Positions 12,101 through 23,406 of a stretch of 64,000 nucleotides of DNA are shown piece after piece (positions within the stretch are counted from its first letter, which is position 1; every line of letters starts with the position of its first letter). Both the position numbers and the translations under genes were made by a program. Location: assembly GCA_036172245.1 (NCBI GenBank), contig JAYWIR010000030.1:930001-994000 (forward strand), given 5' to 3'. The notes beneath the pieces were generated by a model. It did no database searches, was not told the origin of the DNA, and saw only the letters and a program-made list of their open reading frames with translations. Origin of the DNA: Raillietiella orientalis. Its lineage: Eukaryota.

Positions 12101-15100
12101 CGGTTGGAGTCCTCTTGAGCGCCGTGCGAGGTAAGGGAGCGAGCGGCAAGCTCTACGCAGTGTTACCAGCAGCCAGGTGACCTTCTAAAAAAAAAAAAGA
12201 GTGAGGATGGAAAGGAGAGGGGCGGGAAAGGAAAGGAAAAAAAAAAAAGAAGAAAGATCCACGCAAACGCAGGTCTGCTCGAAAGAGAATTCTCCTCGAG
12301 AGGTTGCTCATCCTGCGACATCTCTTCGACCGCTGTCCGCCTGGGCGTTTCAAACGAGCTCGGCAAACCCACGGCATCCCTGAAGACCGTTGAAGGTGCT
12401 TCTCGCGAGAGCTTCGAGGTTTCCGTACCCTCGTGGCATTCGATCCGGTTCTTTGGCGGCTGCTGCTGCATTGTGCGACGACGCCGGTGCTGTTTCGGCT
12501 GCCCACCGAAGAGCACAGAGATGTGAAGCGAGGCTGCGGGTCATCCTTTCTTCCGCTTCGTCCTGGGCAGCAGTTTGGCGGAATCCAGAGCGCGTGATCG
12601 CAATCTCGAAACCGCAGCCACCGGGGGCCACGGACCGTACCGTCCCTACCCTCCCATCGTAAGCCATTCCGTTTCCCGGGGAAGCTGCGCAGTTGGACTG
12701 GACCTAGTAGGCCAGGGCAGTTCTCTTGGACCCCGGCCCTTCGTCGCGATGGTGACTCGATGCTCCGCCTGCTATTAAAGTTGACCCCTTCTCTTCTCTC
12801 TTTTTCCCTCCCTCTTCTGCCGTCATCCCTGCAGTCACGTGACTCGACGCTGGGAGTACACTCGCCGGGAGGCTGGTAATCCCGGTAATGGCCGCTCCTA
12901 CTGCTCGGAACCAGCGAGGACGGCAGTCCGGATGCTTGCCCGTGCCCCAGCAGGCGAGCCTGCGATGAACCCAAATTCGGCCCTTTCTTTCCGTGGCGAA
13001 CTGCAAGTCCCCTCCCCCCTCCTACCCTCTTGTCTTCCTTTCCTCCGTTCACTTCGCGCCAGGCTTCCTCCTCGAGATCTTTCGCAGAACACTGCCGCCC
13101 CCATCCGGCGCCCAAGGCTGTAAGAACCTTTCCTTTTTTCCAGGAAACGCAGAGATTTCGAATTTCTTCAAATGCGACAAGAAGGGTTCCGAGTGCTGCG
13201 CCCACAAGTCGTCCATCCTGTCGGAGATGGAGAGGGTCCACGCGCCCAGCTTCGCCGCGGAAGAAACCCTTAGGAGGAACGCGTCCTTCCCCCCCTTTTA
13301 CAAACACCCTCCTCCCTTCGCCGACGAACACATCGGCCTGCTGCCGCCTTCCCCCGTGCTGCCCCCTGCGCCTCCCGCCAGCAACGCCATCAGGCCGCCC
13401 GAGTTCCAGGCTCCGAGCCGGCCCTTCGACGCCCCCATGTTCAACACATCTGGGCTCGTCCCGCTCAGCATGCCACAGGAGCTGTTCGTGAACCGCAAGC
13501 CCACGCTTTTCAAACCGGCGGCCGCGCAGCAGCAGCCGCCCAACCAATGTGATTATTGCCGCTCTGCGCCATCTCCAGTGATCCCAACAGTCTGTTTCCA
13601 GATATCCCGCAGACAGAGCGCGTCTCTTCGGGAGCGTTCACAAAGATAGCCGAGAGGCCAGTCATTTCCCAGAGCGGTTTCAACCGCTACGTGTGCGGGG
13701 TGAAAGGCACAGACCGCATAGGTAGAGTCGTAGGAGGTGAAGATTCCCAGCCCGGGGAATGGTGCTGGCAAGTGGCTCTAATCAACTCTTTGAATCAGTA
13801 TCTGTGTGGTGGCGCTCTTATAGGAACTGAGTGGGTGCTCACCGCAGCACACTGCATCACCAAGTAAGACCTCTTGATCTTTTGTTAGTGCGAACACCCG
13901 TCTTGCGGTTCCCCATTTCCCTGTTCGTGTTCCCCGAGTAACGAGCGGAAGATCGTGGGAGGAGGGAGTTTAAATGATGGTCCATCGAGGGGGGGCTCAG
14001 TCACCTAAACTTCTTCTGCTGGTTGAACTGAGGGTTCTCTGGCAGCGGGACGGGTACGGGCCGCCGCACAACCCTCGCGAGGGTTGGAAGGTCTCCATCG
14101 GTTACCCATGCCCCGTGCCAAATCCGTGTCGTCAGTGGCCACGTGAGTTCTCTCTTGTCGACCGCGGCGTCCGCACATTCTCGTGCACATTTTCTGGACG
14201 ATGCGCCGTACCATTTTTTTTGTCCTCAACATTTTTTTGTGACACCACTTGAAACGAGTACGGTCGTGACCTTTCCACTGTGGTGGGTCACATGCTTAGT
14301 TACGTAAATGCTTCGTGAGTGGCCTCCAGGGTGAACAAGGTTAACGAGTGCCATCAACACGATGATTATAGCTTGGTTGACGTAAAGGTGTCCAAACCGA
14401 TCGATCTTTTGAGCATCTTCAGCTTTGACTTCCTCCATCGAAACAGATCAGGAGTCCGTTTGTCTGCTGACGTGCTTATCTTTCTCAGCATCCGCTTGGA
14501 TGTGTTAAAGATGAAGACTTGTGTACACGTGGAAGGCGTAGGTTGTCAAGGTTGCACGCACGCCGTCCATCCGGCTTTACATTTTTCGCTTTCCTCCGCC
14601 GTCGACAATCCAGGCAACTCAGGAAAGTGTTGAAGGTTTCTCCTCTTCACGTGAAGACCTTTTGGAACGAGAAGCCGTCGCGTGTCAGCGACTGGCAGCG
14701 AAGAGCCAGTTGTTATCTTGCAGCGAGTGAGCAGTTTTCGCCTGCGGCAACGCCACTGGGCACTTCGACGACGGGACGGAATTCGCCCTTCGATAGTGAA
14801 TGGGTTGGTCACAATGCCAGCGTGCTTCTATCTCCCGTATCCCGCGAATGGGGGGGAGCTGAATGGGACCAGATCGGGAGGGCAGAACAGCTTGCCTTTC
14901 CTCGAGCCAGTGGACTTGTACGTGCCTTTGCCGGGAACGCTCCGCGGGATCGTGCTGTTCCGAGACGCTGCTTTGGTCGCAACCTCTGGGTGCGCTTCCC
15001 GACTCTGGTCAATGGGAAGAAAGGACTGACCCCTCGCGTTTCCTGTTCTTGTTGACAACCTCATCGCATTCTGCCTTTCTCATTGCCCCGACTGTCTCGG

Positions 15101-18100
15101 GGCTCGAGGCAAGAAGAGCTTGGAGCAGCTGCACTTTCTGGGGTTGGCTGCGAGCTGCACTGGACATGCGCGGTCCAGAGTCCAGCCGGGACCGTTACCT
15201 TTTCGCACTTGATATGCCAGTCGTTCCTCACCTGCTAGCTCCCTTCTTGGAGTGCTTGCTTCCGCGTAATCGCAGTTCCTTCGGGCGAGGCGCTGCCGGA
15301 GCGGTCTCCGTCTTCGTCGCCCCGCTCGTCCGTTTCCCTCGCGCTTTCTGGCGTCTCCTCGCCAAATTGCCAACTGTGGCGAGAGCAGCGGGAAAGGGCC
15401 TCTCCTTCATCGAAAAGGCTTCGTGGCTGCCACCTCCTCATGAGCTCAATCCACGGAGCAGCACCCACCTTTGGTACCGGTTCTTCTCCCTCGCTGCAGC
15501 GAAGAACGAAACAATCCCCAGTAAAACTTGGGGGAAAGTGGGACGCGAGCACCGATCTTTACCGGAACAGGAAAACTCGGGAAACGACGTGTCCAGTATC
15601 GAACGATGGTTTTCCCTATCGGGGAAGGAGCGACGTGCGCAGGGGGATCGAGGTGAGATCCTCCTATCAGCTGGTGGGTGCACGTCTTCCCACCGTCCAG
15701 AGATGCGCCCTTGGTCGCTCCTTCAGATATCGATCCTTGAGGATCGTCTGCGGAGAAGAAAAAAAAGAGAGGTGTCCATGGCCCGCTGGCGGGATGCTGC
15801 TGGCAGTGCAAAGTGCTGAAGGAGATGAAGAAACCGCAGATGAGGAACAGGAAAACAAGTCTGCCATGGTGCCATGGTGAGGATGGGGGAACCGGGAAAG
15901 AGCGAGAAGGGTCGAGGCGAGGAAGCTGAATATCAGCGCCAAGATGCTGGTCAGCGCGGAGCAGAGATTTCGAAGCGGATAGAGCGGGTTTGAAATCCCC
16001 GAAGCCACGGAGACCCTCGTTGGCGGCAGCGGTGTCGCAGCGAGCTTCGCGGGTCCGAATCCCCACATGAAGGAGAACAGGGTTTCGATACCCCACCCCC
16101 CGCAAGATAACGCTGATTGGGGCCCCTATTCCGGTGCGGCACTGGTGGAAGCTGAGAAACCAGATGCCCCCGTTGACCGGTCTTTGGAGTCCTTCCGGGA
16201 ATCACGTAGACGGTTCCCTTCGGGTTCCCCTTCCGGTTGTGCATATGGGGCCTTCTCCGCCTTCAGGAGGGAATTGTTTCTATCGCGTACCATGGGGCTG
16301 ATTGATACCCCCCCCTCCAGGGGGTTGCCTCTACAGAGTGCGAGAAGTGGGTTGCTTCCTTCAGGGAGCGACTCTTCAGAGAAATTCGGAAGTGTCCCGT
16401 CGGCATTCTCTTCAGAGGAGGAAACGAGGAGAGCGGATCCTTTCCGGGGGGTCCCTCAGGAGAATAAAGGATGGAGCGACCCCGTCCGGGGTACCCTTCC
16501 GGAAGGAATGAGAAGGAGGTTCCCTTCGGGGTTTTCCTCCGGTTGTGAAAACGGGATCAGAGGAGGAGACTAAGCGAGAAAGAAGTGAAGGACCCACGGG
16601 GTCACTCGCACGCAGACGAGGAAGCAGACCGTTCCATTCCTTGGAACGATGGCGTCGCTTCACCAGACGAGCCGTCCTAACAAGACGAGAACCCGGCACG
16701 TGGTTTAGAAAACGAATGGGACACGGGAGGGAAGGCAAACATCGAGGCTCCGCACCGAGGAACCGCTGGAAGCTCCTGCGTGCGCACGAAGAGGTTTCGA
16801 GGCGGTGACGGCTTTCTTCGAGGTGCCCAGAGGCCGCTCACGTGCGGAGGTCCGGAGCGCGTTCCTGAGGTCACCCTGGTCCTCGCCCTGCAAGGGCTGC
16901 GCGCTGCACGTATCTGAGATGTCGGATGAAAGGGAAACACGGTTGCGGTTTCCGCTCCAAGGCTCAGGGCGGGTCCGGAAGCCTCGGAGCTCGAGCTGGG
17001 CGAAGAAAGGGACAATCCTGAGCTGTCCAGCGATCGGTGCGCGCTCGAAGATCACAAATGGCGGCCAAGAGCTCTGTGGAGATGAACGCCGTCTACCACG
17101 GGAGCAGCTGCGAGTCTACGCCCGTTTCCTGCTTGCTCTGGCGACCCAGCGTTTGAGGATGACGTCGGTTTGTCTTCCAAACTTCAAGGTCTTCCAAGTG
17201 AGCCTTGGCAGTGCAGAATCTCGTGGAGAAAGTCGTGACCTCAAAGCGCCAACGGCCTCGCATCTGCAGGAGCGAAAAAAGATTCCTCTTCTTATCCGGA
17301 AGACCTTTTTTTTTTTTTTCTCATCCACTCTTCCAGTTAGGTCAGAGGGTGGTCAGGAAGGAATGCCGTGCAAGATCATTAGAGAGCAACCGAGATGAAG
17401 GAGAAGGATGGAACAAGCGAAAGGATTCGAGCTAAGAGAAAGATCAACAGGCACCCGGGATGGGTTTAACATCAAAAGAGAGATCGCTGCCTTCGCTCCG
17501 AAAGGACAGAGCGCTTCCGACAAAACGAGATGCGGCGAACGTGGCTTTCAAAGGATCCCCCCTGCGCCCGGTACTTAGGATCTCGAAAGAGCCACTGCCG
17601 CTTCAGTACCCTCGCGAAGCCGCTTTTGCAGCGGAGGTATCGGACCCGTGCCCACCATTTGGTGAGAACGAGGGCTCCAAGTGAAGGAATCTTTGGGCAG
17701 ATAATGGCAGCCGGTTGCCCCGGGTGACAAGACGGTCTGCTCGCGTCGGTGCACTGCGGAAGAAACCTCTGCTCAGTGAATGTGAGCTCCACGGGGGACA
17801 GTGCCACACGTCCCTCAACCCCACCCGCTGTCCCGGAGAGGACTGCTCGAACGGATGCAAGGAAGCCGCCTTTCCCTGCAACTGCCCGGGTCATCTAGCG
17901 TGACGGTCTCTGCTCTGGCGCTACGGCGTGCCGCCAAAGCCTCGGTCCTTCTAACGCTCTCTCGCGGTGAGGGCATGCATGGCGACGGCGCTCCCGTCCT
18001 TTGTGACCTTCGCCGGAGCCGCTGGACGGGGGAAGGAGAAAGGGAGAAGACCAGCTCCCCTTCCCCCGAACTGCGTCAGGAGCGAAAGCACTTCTTACAC

Positions 18101-21100
18101 AGCGACCGTCGGATCCTCTCGGAGGTCAAGCTAAGCTCTGCTGAAGAAGAGCTTCCGGTGCGTCTAATCCGTCGGTTGTCCCAGTCATCAGCAAACATAT
18201 GGGGGGACCAAGGACCCTGTCGAGGAGGAAACTTCGGGACTACTCTCTCCCCTGCTCGCAAATCCCGTTGCGTTGGATTGGCGCGGTCCAGCCAGCATGC
18301 GGTGACGGTAATGATGGCGCCCGCAAGGCACGTCTCCGCAGGCGGGCTGCTAACCTTCCGTTTGATGCGGTTGAAGGAGGTACCATCATGTGTCACATGC
18401 TGACTTTTCCAGAACGATCTCTGTGCCTGGAGATCTGGTTCCTTCCACGGAAGGAATCGGCTGCTCCTCCAATCAAAAGCTTCCTCTCGTGCTCCGCGTT
18501 TTGTGGACGGCGTCGCGGAGGCTGAGGACAGCCGACTGACCCCGAACGCATGGGCGAACCGCGCACTTCTCTCTCTGTTTCCCTCTTGCCCGCTCTCTTT
18601 CCACAGCCACGAGAACGAACCTGTTTCCGCGTTCGCGAACGGGAGGGGCGCGTCCCGTTTTCCGCGTCCCTGCAGGGCAGGCGTGGCAGCGGCGCCCTCG
18701 CGCTCGCGCGTCCACCCTGCAGTTGGCGCATCCGTGACGAAACTTCGGGGCCGTGCCGTCGCTGGGACCGATTTCTTCGCTCCGCTGCCGCCCTCTTGAA
18801 GCGGACAGGGAGGTTCGCGAGGAGACTGCTGGAATGGGAACGTCACTGCCTGCGCTCTTCCCCAACCTTCCCTACGACACCTCCCGCTTACCGACCCGTC
18901 AGAGGTCCAGAGGAGACCGACATGCCTCGGGCGCTCCAAGAAACGACTGAAACTCCGCACGTGAATTCGAGGGCGCCGTACAATGACCAGTACCCCTTTG
19001 TCCTTCCGCGATAATGACGGCTCACTAATGACTCCCACTTTGTTTCAAGCATCATGAGATCTGGAGAAGCGATCTACGTGCGTGTCGGGGACAGCGACCT
19101 CACGATGAAAGGAGGCAGCCCCGGAGCTCAGACTCTGCGAGTGGCCACGACCTACATCCACCACAACCACAACAGCCAGACCCTCGACAACGACATCGCG
19201 CTTCTGAAGCTGTCTCGGCCGACGCAGTTGAAGACGGGCGTCTGCCTGGCGTGTCTTCCCGCTCGAGGAGTGTCCCAGAAACCCGGCCAGCGGTGTACCG
19301 TGACTGGCTACGGATACATGGGAGAAGGTCAGTGTCCAACTCTTATTCATCACGGCAGGCAGAGTGCCAGAGTCCTCTTTCCACTCCTCTTCCGTCTCGA
19401 GTTCGTGACGCCACGCCCCCCCGGGGAGGGGGGAGAGACCTGTTCCATCCTTCGCCTTTCGTTTCTTTTCGACCACAAGCCAGGGATACTCCCGTTTTCC
19501 CGGTGTTCTGGGAACCGCTTTTAAGGGAGGAAGTGCTTGACGCGGGGAGGAACAGGGAAGGTCGCTGGGTCCCTACCGCGCATTTTACATCGTTCCCCAG
19601 AGCTGCTGTAGCCGTGGCTGCCTTCTTTTGTCCTTCGGTCAAAACCGACGTAGCCTGGGGGTTCCGGCCAGCTCCCGTGTTTCCAGCCCTGGGGACCCGC
19701 GCTTGAGCTGTGCGAACACTTCGCATTCGAAGGTGAACTTCGCGTCCGCCTTCTTCTTCAGCGTGTGGGCCTTCCTGCGTGGGTCGTCGGATGCTTCCTT
19801 GATGCGCATCCCATCTCGGGAGGTGATTGGCTACCGACCGCACTAACTACGTTACGAGAAGCACGGAAGACGGTGGGAAGCAGGCGAACACGGGCGGAGG
19901 GAGAGCAAGCAACGGTCTTTCCTGCCCATGGCAATCCCTCCACAGCCCCTCCCGTAAAGAAAGGTCAGGGAACGGGTGAGCGCCCGTCTGCGGGCAGCGA
20001 GGTCGCCACGCTGCAGAATGACATTGCGCGACGACAGCCGCCGTTTCGTTGACGGTCAGGACGAGCTGGCTGCTGCTGGAAATCCCTGCAGTGCGCGCGC
20101 TTCCGGCCAGGTGCCACCCACCAGGTCTTCCGGGAAGGAGCCGCCTTCCTCTGGAATCGGAGCAAGCGGCGGGGTTTTCGGGAAGGCTGGGGAGGAACGC
20201 GAGCTGCGGCGGCAGGGTGATTGCGCTCCCGTTCCCGCGAATCTCCTTGAGAACCTCCCTGCCCTCTGCGCCCTGTGCTGGGAGGACCGGGAAATTGGCC
20301 GCGGCGCCAGCATGGCTCGGTTCACAGGGACGCAGAAAGCAGGCGCCCCCGCGCCTCTCGTTCTCGAAAGCGGAGGGAGGGCCATGAAAGCAGGTTCGTT
20401 CTCCTAGCCACGGAAGGGGAGCAGCAGGAAAAACAGGAAGCATAGACGCGCGGTTCACCAACGCGTTCGGGGTCAGTCAGCTCTCCGCAGCCTCCGCGAC
20501 GCTGTGCACAAGACATGGAGCACGAGAGGAAGCTGCGAGATGCAGGGATTCCTGCATCACTCCCAGTGGGTGATTTCTTTCTGGGAGCACCTTGCGCACC
20601 CACCGCGGCGGATGGATTCGCGAAGATCCCACTCCGGCGGGTCCGCTTCCCTTCGGTGACTTTCCCGGGGCGTCGTCGCGGATGGCGGGAGCACGGGGAT
20701 TCGTCTCGGAGCGTCCTGCTGCCGGGGAGGGATGCGCGCACCCTTCCTGTGAACCGCGGGCCGAACGCAGAGCCCACGAGTCCGGTCTGCGCCCGCGGAA
20801 GACTTCCTGAGAACCTGGACCGCGCGAATTCCTCCTCCGGTACACTGGGAGTCGCCACACGGGGAGGTACGCGCCCCTTGCGGAAGCTGTCGAAATCGGA
20901 GCCGGTTCCACCCCGACAGCGCGCCATCTTGGTTAGGCTGCCGTGGGGGTCTGGTTCAAAATCCTGAACGATCTTAAAAAATAATTACATATGATTATTA
21001 CATGTATTAATATATGGATTAATATATATTATGTAGTATTGATCATAAAAAATGCATGTTTATGCTTGTTGTGTATATTAATGTATATATTTATATGTAG

Positions 21101-23406
21101 ACTAATATACAAATTTATGCTGACATACATGTTATGACTACAGTTGATGATATGCATTCATATACATATTAAAGATTATTAAGAATGCAAATATATGTTT
21201 ATTATAAATACTTTATATTTTCCTACTATCTTTAATTGTCATCATTGTTTTTCATTTTTTATAATTCGATGTTAGCATATTCATTTAGTATACATTTGTT
21301 ATATAAATAAGTCTACATAACTGAACATACATATTTATTTTTGTACTCTTTGATGTTTATATATACATATTCATGATGTGTTAATACATATTATTGATTG
21401 TGGTATTACTGTGCATGTTGATAAAGGTTCATGAATATGTATTTTAAAATAAATTCGTATATTAACCTCTCTATATGAATACATACATTAATATATGTAG
21501 TAAACATATATATTTATTTTTACGATCTTTAATAGATAATATACATGTATGAATGTATATATGGTAAAAGAAATTTGTACATTGATAAATCTCTATATTT
21601 AATCTATATATAAACATCTATATATTAATGTAGGCGTAATAAGCATACATGTTTATTTTTTTATGACCTTCATGATATATATTAATCTATATATATGAAT
21701 ATACAGATTGTGCATAATAAAGATATGTGTTTATTTTTTGATATTTCGGGATTTTGATCGGCCCCGCATGGTGACGTGTGATAGTGACGTCAGAAGTGCC
21801 TGGTGAGGAGCGCCGCTCTCGGGAAGCTGCCCGAGTGCCGTCCGCCGTTCGGATCGGCAATGCTCGCGCGGTGTGTCTTCCTGGTTGGCATTTCACGGCA
21901 GCCTCCCAGCTTCCCAAGTCGGAGGCGCGAGGCTGGCCGTCACGCACGGATGGTTATCGCACGCTCTCGAGGGTCTCGACCGGCTCGTCTCGAGACCGAG
22001 CCACAAGGAGCCATCGATTTCCGATGGATCCTTCCTTACAGGCGCGCACGGAGCAAGAGGAAAACCTCCGGGGTGAAATACCGGGAAACCAAAGCTTCCC
22101 CTTTCATGTTTCCTCCCGCGATGCCGGGTGCACCATCGAGGTGGCGGCGCCAACCGGGAGAGCCACTTTCAGCAACCGATGGATGCCGTGACCGATGACA
22201 GTGCTCTTCTTCAGAGCTTCGCTCTTGCTTTGTTCTGGGGGGACCTCCTTCCCTTGGCAACAGGAGGAGGAGGAGGAGGAGAAAACCCGCGCCTCTTTGA
22301 TGAAGGCGTCCTGTCGCCGCTGTTGCGGGTCACCGTGCGGGGCAACCACCCTGCAGGCAGGATACTCCTGCCTCCCAGCTCTTTGAATCCGGGCCTCTCC
22401 CTTCGAAGCCGAGATTCGTAAGGCGGACACCCCGATCCGATCGGGAAATGCATTGCGGCATCCCCTTAGGGCGCGTGTCGACTTGTGCTACCCTCCTCTC
22501 CCAGAAGGCCACTTGCACATCGCGACTCCCTAACTGACCTTCTCGCGGATCGCGGCGGCGAAGGGCTGGGTACGGACCCCCCCTTCCTTCTCTGGCGTCT
22601 TCCCTTTTCTCCTGTTGGAGGCCGAGGCGGCTGCTGTTCCCAGTGCTGCTCCTCATCCGAACGGGCTGGGTGACCCCTCATGAGGAGGGAAGACGCCAGT
22701 GCGATCCTCTCGATATTTCTGCAAAGTCCAAGGCGCCGCTGCTTTGTCCGGAAGCGGTCGTGCGCCGAAAGAAAGAGGGAAGACGGGGACGTTTGGGAGG
22801 CAGCGCTGCTGCTGCCACCGCCTTGTGGGCGACAGCGGAGACACTGCACCTGCGCGGATGCCCCACGTCGTTTCCGGTCGGCCGCGGTCGAGCGACAGCC
22901 GAGTGGCGGAGGGCGTTCCCCGCCTCGCTTTTTGCGCACGCGCAACTCCACCCCCCCGCCCCCGTCCCCTACGTACCCTGCTCTTCACTTCCACCTCTGC
23001 CCTCTCCGCAGATGGACCGATCCCCCTGCGCGTCCGGGAGTCGGAGCTGCCCATCGTCAGCGACAACGAGTGCGTCAGGAAGATCAACTCTGTCACGGGG
23101 AAGGTCTTCATTCTCCCGGCCAGCAGCTTCTGCGCGGGAGGGGAGCCCGGCCAGGACGCCTGCCAGGTGAGTCGACGACCGCGCCCTCTTGCCTCCTCCT
23201 CCCGTGATCCACAGTCTCAACTCCCATCCCCCCTTAACCAGGGCGACGGCGGAGGTCCTCTGATCTGCAACACGGAGGGCTACTACGAGCTGACGGGGAT
23301 CGTCTCGTGGGGTTTCGGCTGCGGGCGGCTGGACGTCCCTGGCGTCTATGTCAAGGTGTCGTCCTTCATCGGGTGGATCAACCAGATCATCAGCGTCAAC
23401 CAGTGA
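6086..23406 (+). CDS. mas: masquerade-like clip-domain serine protease homologue, full spliced gene: join(6086..6185,9106..9405,10591..11559,13144..13548,13602..13863,19050..19327,23012..23166,23242..23406), about 877 aa
   Basis: Eight exons with GT-AG boundaries and compatible phases sum to 2634 nt. The protein has a signal peptide, five CPGxC...CC clip-like domains and a protease domain (RVVGGED...[22 protein letters not shown]...TAAHC...[18 protein letters not shown]...[11 protein letters not shown]...[19 protein letters not shown]) that I recognise as closely matching insect masquerade. Catalytic Ser is replaced by Gly. Confidence 0.93.
9106..9405 (+). CDS. mas: masquerade exon 2, clip-like domain 1 plus Thr/Ser linker
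   Basis: Acceptor tctttctcttttcag. Encodes [42 protein letters not shown]. The phase-1 donor gttcgt at 9406 is weaker, so the 3' end is less certain. Confidence 0.85.
10591..11559 (+). CDS. mas: masquerade exon 3, clip-like domains 2-4 and start of domain 5
   Basis: Acceptor cttcttgcag. Encodes CPGVC..ECCV, CPGSC..KCCV, CHGYC..KCCQ and [15 protein letters not shown]. Donor g|gtaatc. Confidence 0.92.
13144..13548 (+). CDS. mas: masquerade exon 4, end of clip-like domain 5 plus Pro-rich linker
   Basis: Acceptor ttttttccag. [23 protein letters not shown] completes the domain begun in exon 3. Donor t|gtgatt, followed by a 53-nt intron. Confidence 0.88.
13602..13863 (+). CDS. mas: masquerade exon 5, start of protease-like domain (RVVGG, TAAHC)
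   Basis: Acceptor tgtttccag. Encodes [53 protein letters not shown]. Donor aa|gtaaga, phase 2. Confidence 0.94.
16013..16570 (+). mobile_element. tRNA-headed SINE-like repeat, copy A (mas intron 5)
   Basis: B-box-like gggtccgaatccc at 16051. Shares the core ggtggaagctgagaaacc(a/g)gatg..cccgttg..ggaatca..ggttcccttcg with five other loci. Confidence 0.75.
19050..19327 (+). CDS. mas: masquerade exon 6 (DIALL catalytic Asp region)
   Basis: Acceptor tgtttcaag, phase 2. Encodes [49 protein letters not shown]. Donor g|gtcagt. Confidence 0.95.
20941..21771. mobile_element. AT-rich non-autonomous element with about 50-bp imperfect terminal inverted repeats (mas intron 6)
   Basis: Abrupt, very AT-rich block in GC-rich DNA. 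The left end ccgtgggggtctggttcaaaatcctgaacgatcttaaaaaataa aligns with the reverse complement of the right end, ccatgcggggccgatcaaaatcccgaaatatcaaaaaataa. Confidence 0.6.
23012..23166 (+). CDS. mas: masquerade exon 7
   Basis: Acceptor ctctccgcag. Encodes [52 protein letters not shown]. Donor gtgagt. Confidence 0.95.
23242..23406 (+). CDS. mas: masquerade last coding exon (GDGGG pseudo-active site, stop)
   Basis: Acceptor cttaaccag. Encodes [54 protein letters not shown], then TGA. Confidence 0.95.
   Translation, partial: GDGGGPLICNTEGYYELTGIVSWGFGCGRLDVPGVYVKVSSFIGWINQIISVNQ

Noticed and set aside
12153..13547. 464-aa minus-strand ORF
   Set aside because: Antisense shadow of GC-rich masquerade exon 4 plus intron. 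Low-complexity Arg/Gly sequence with no recognisable domain.
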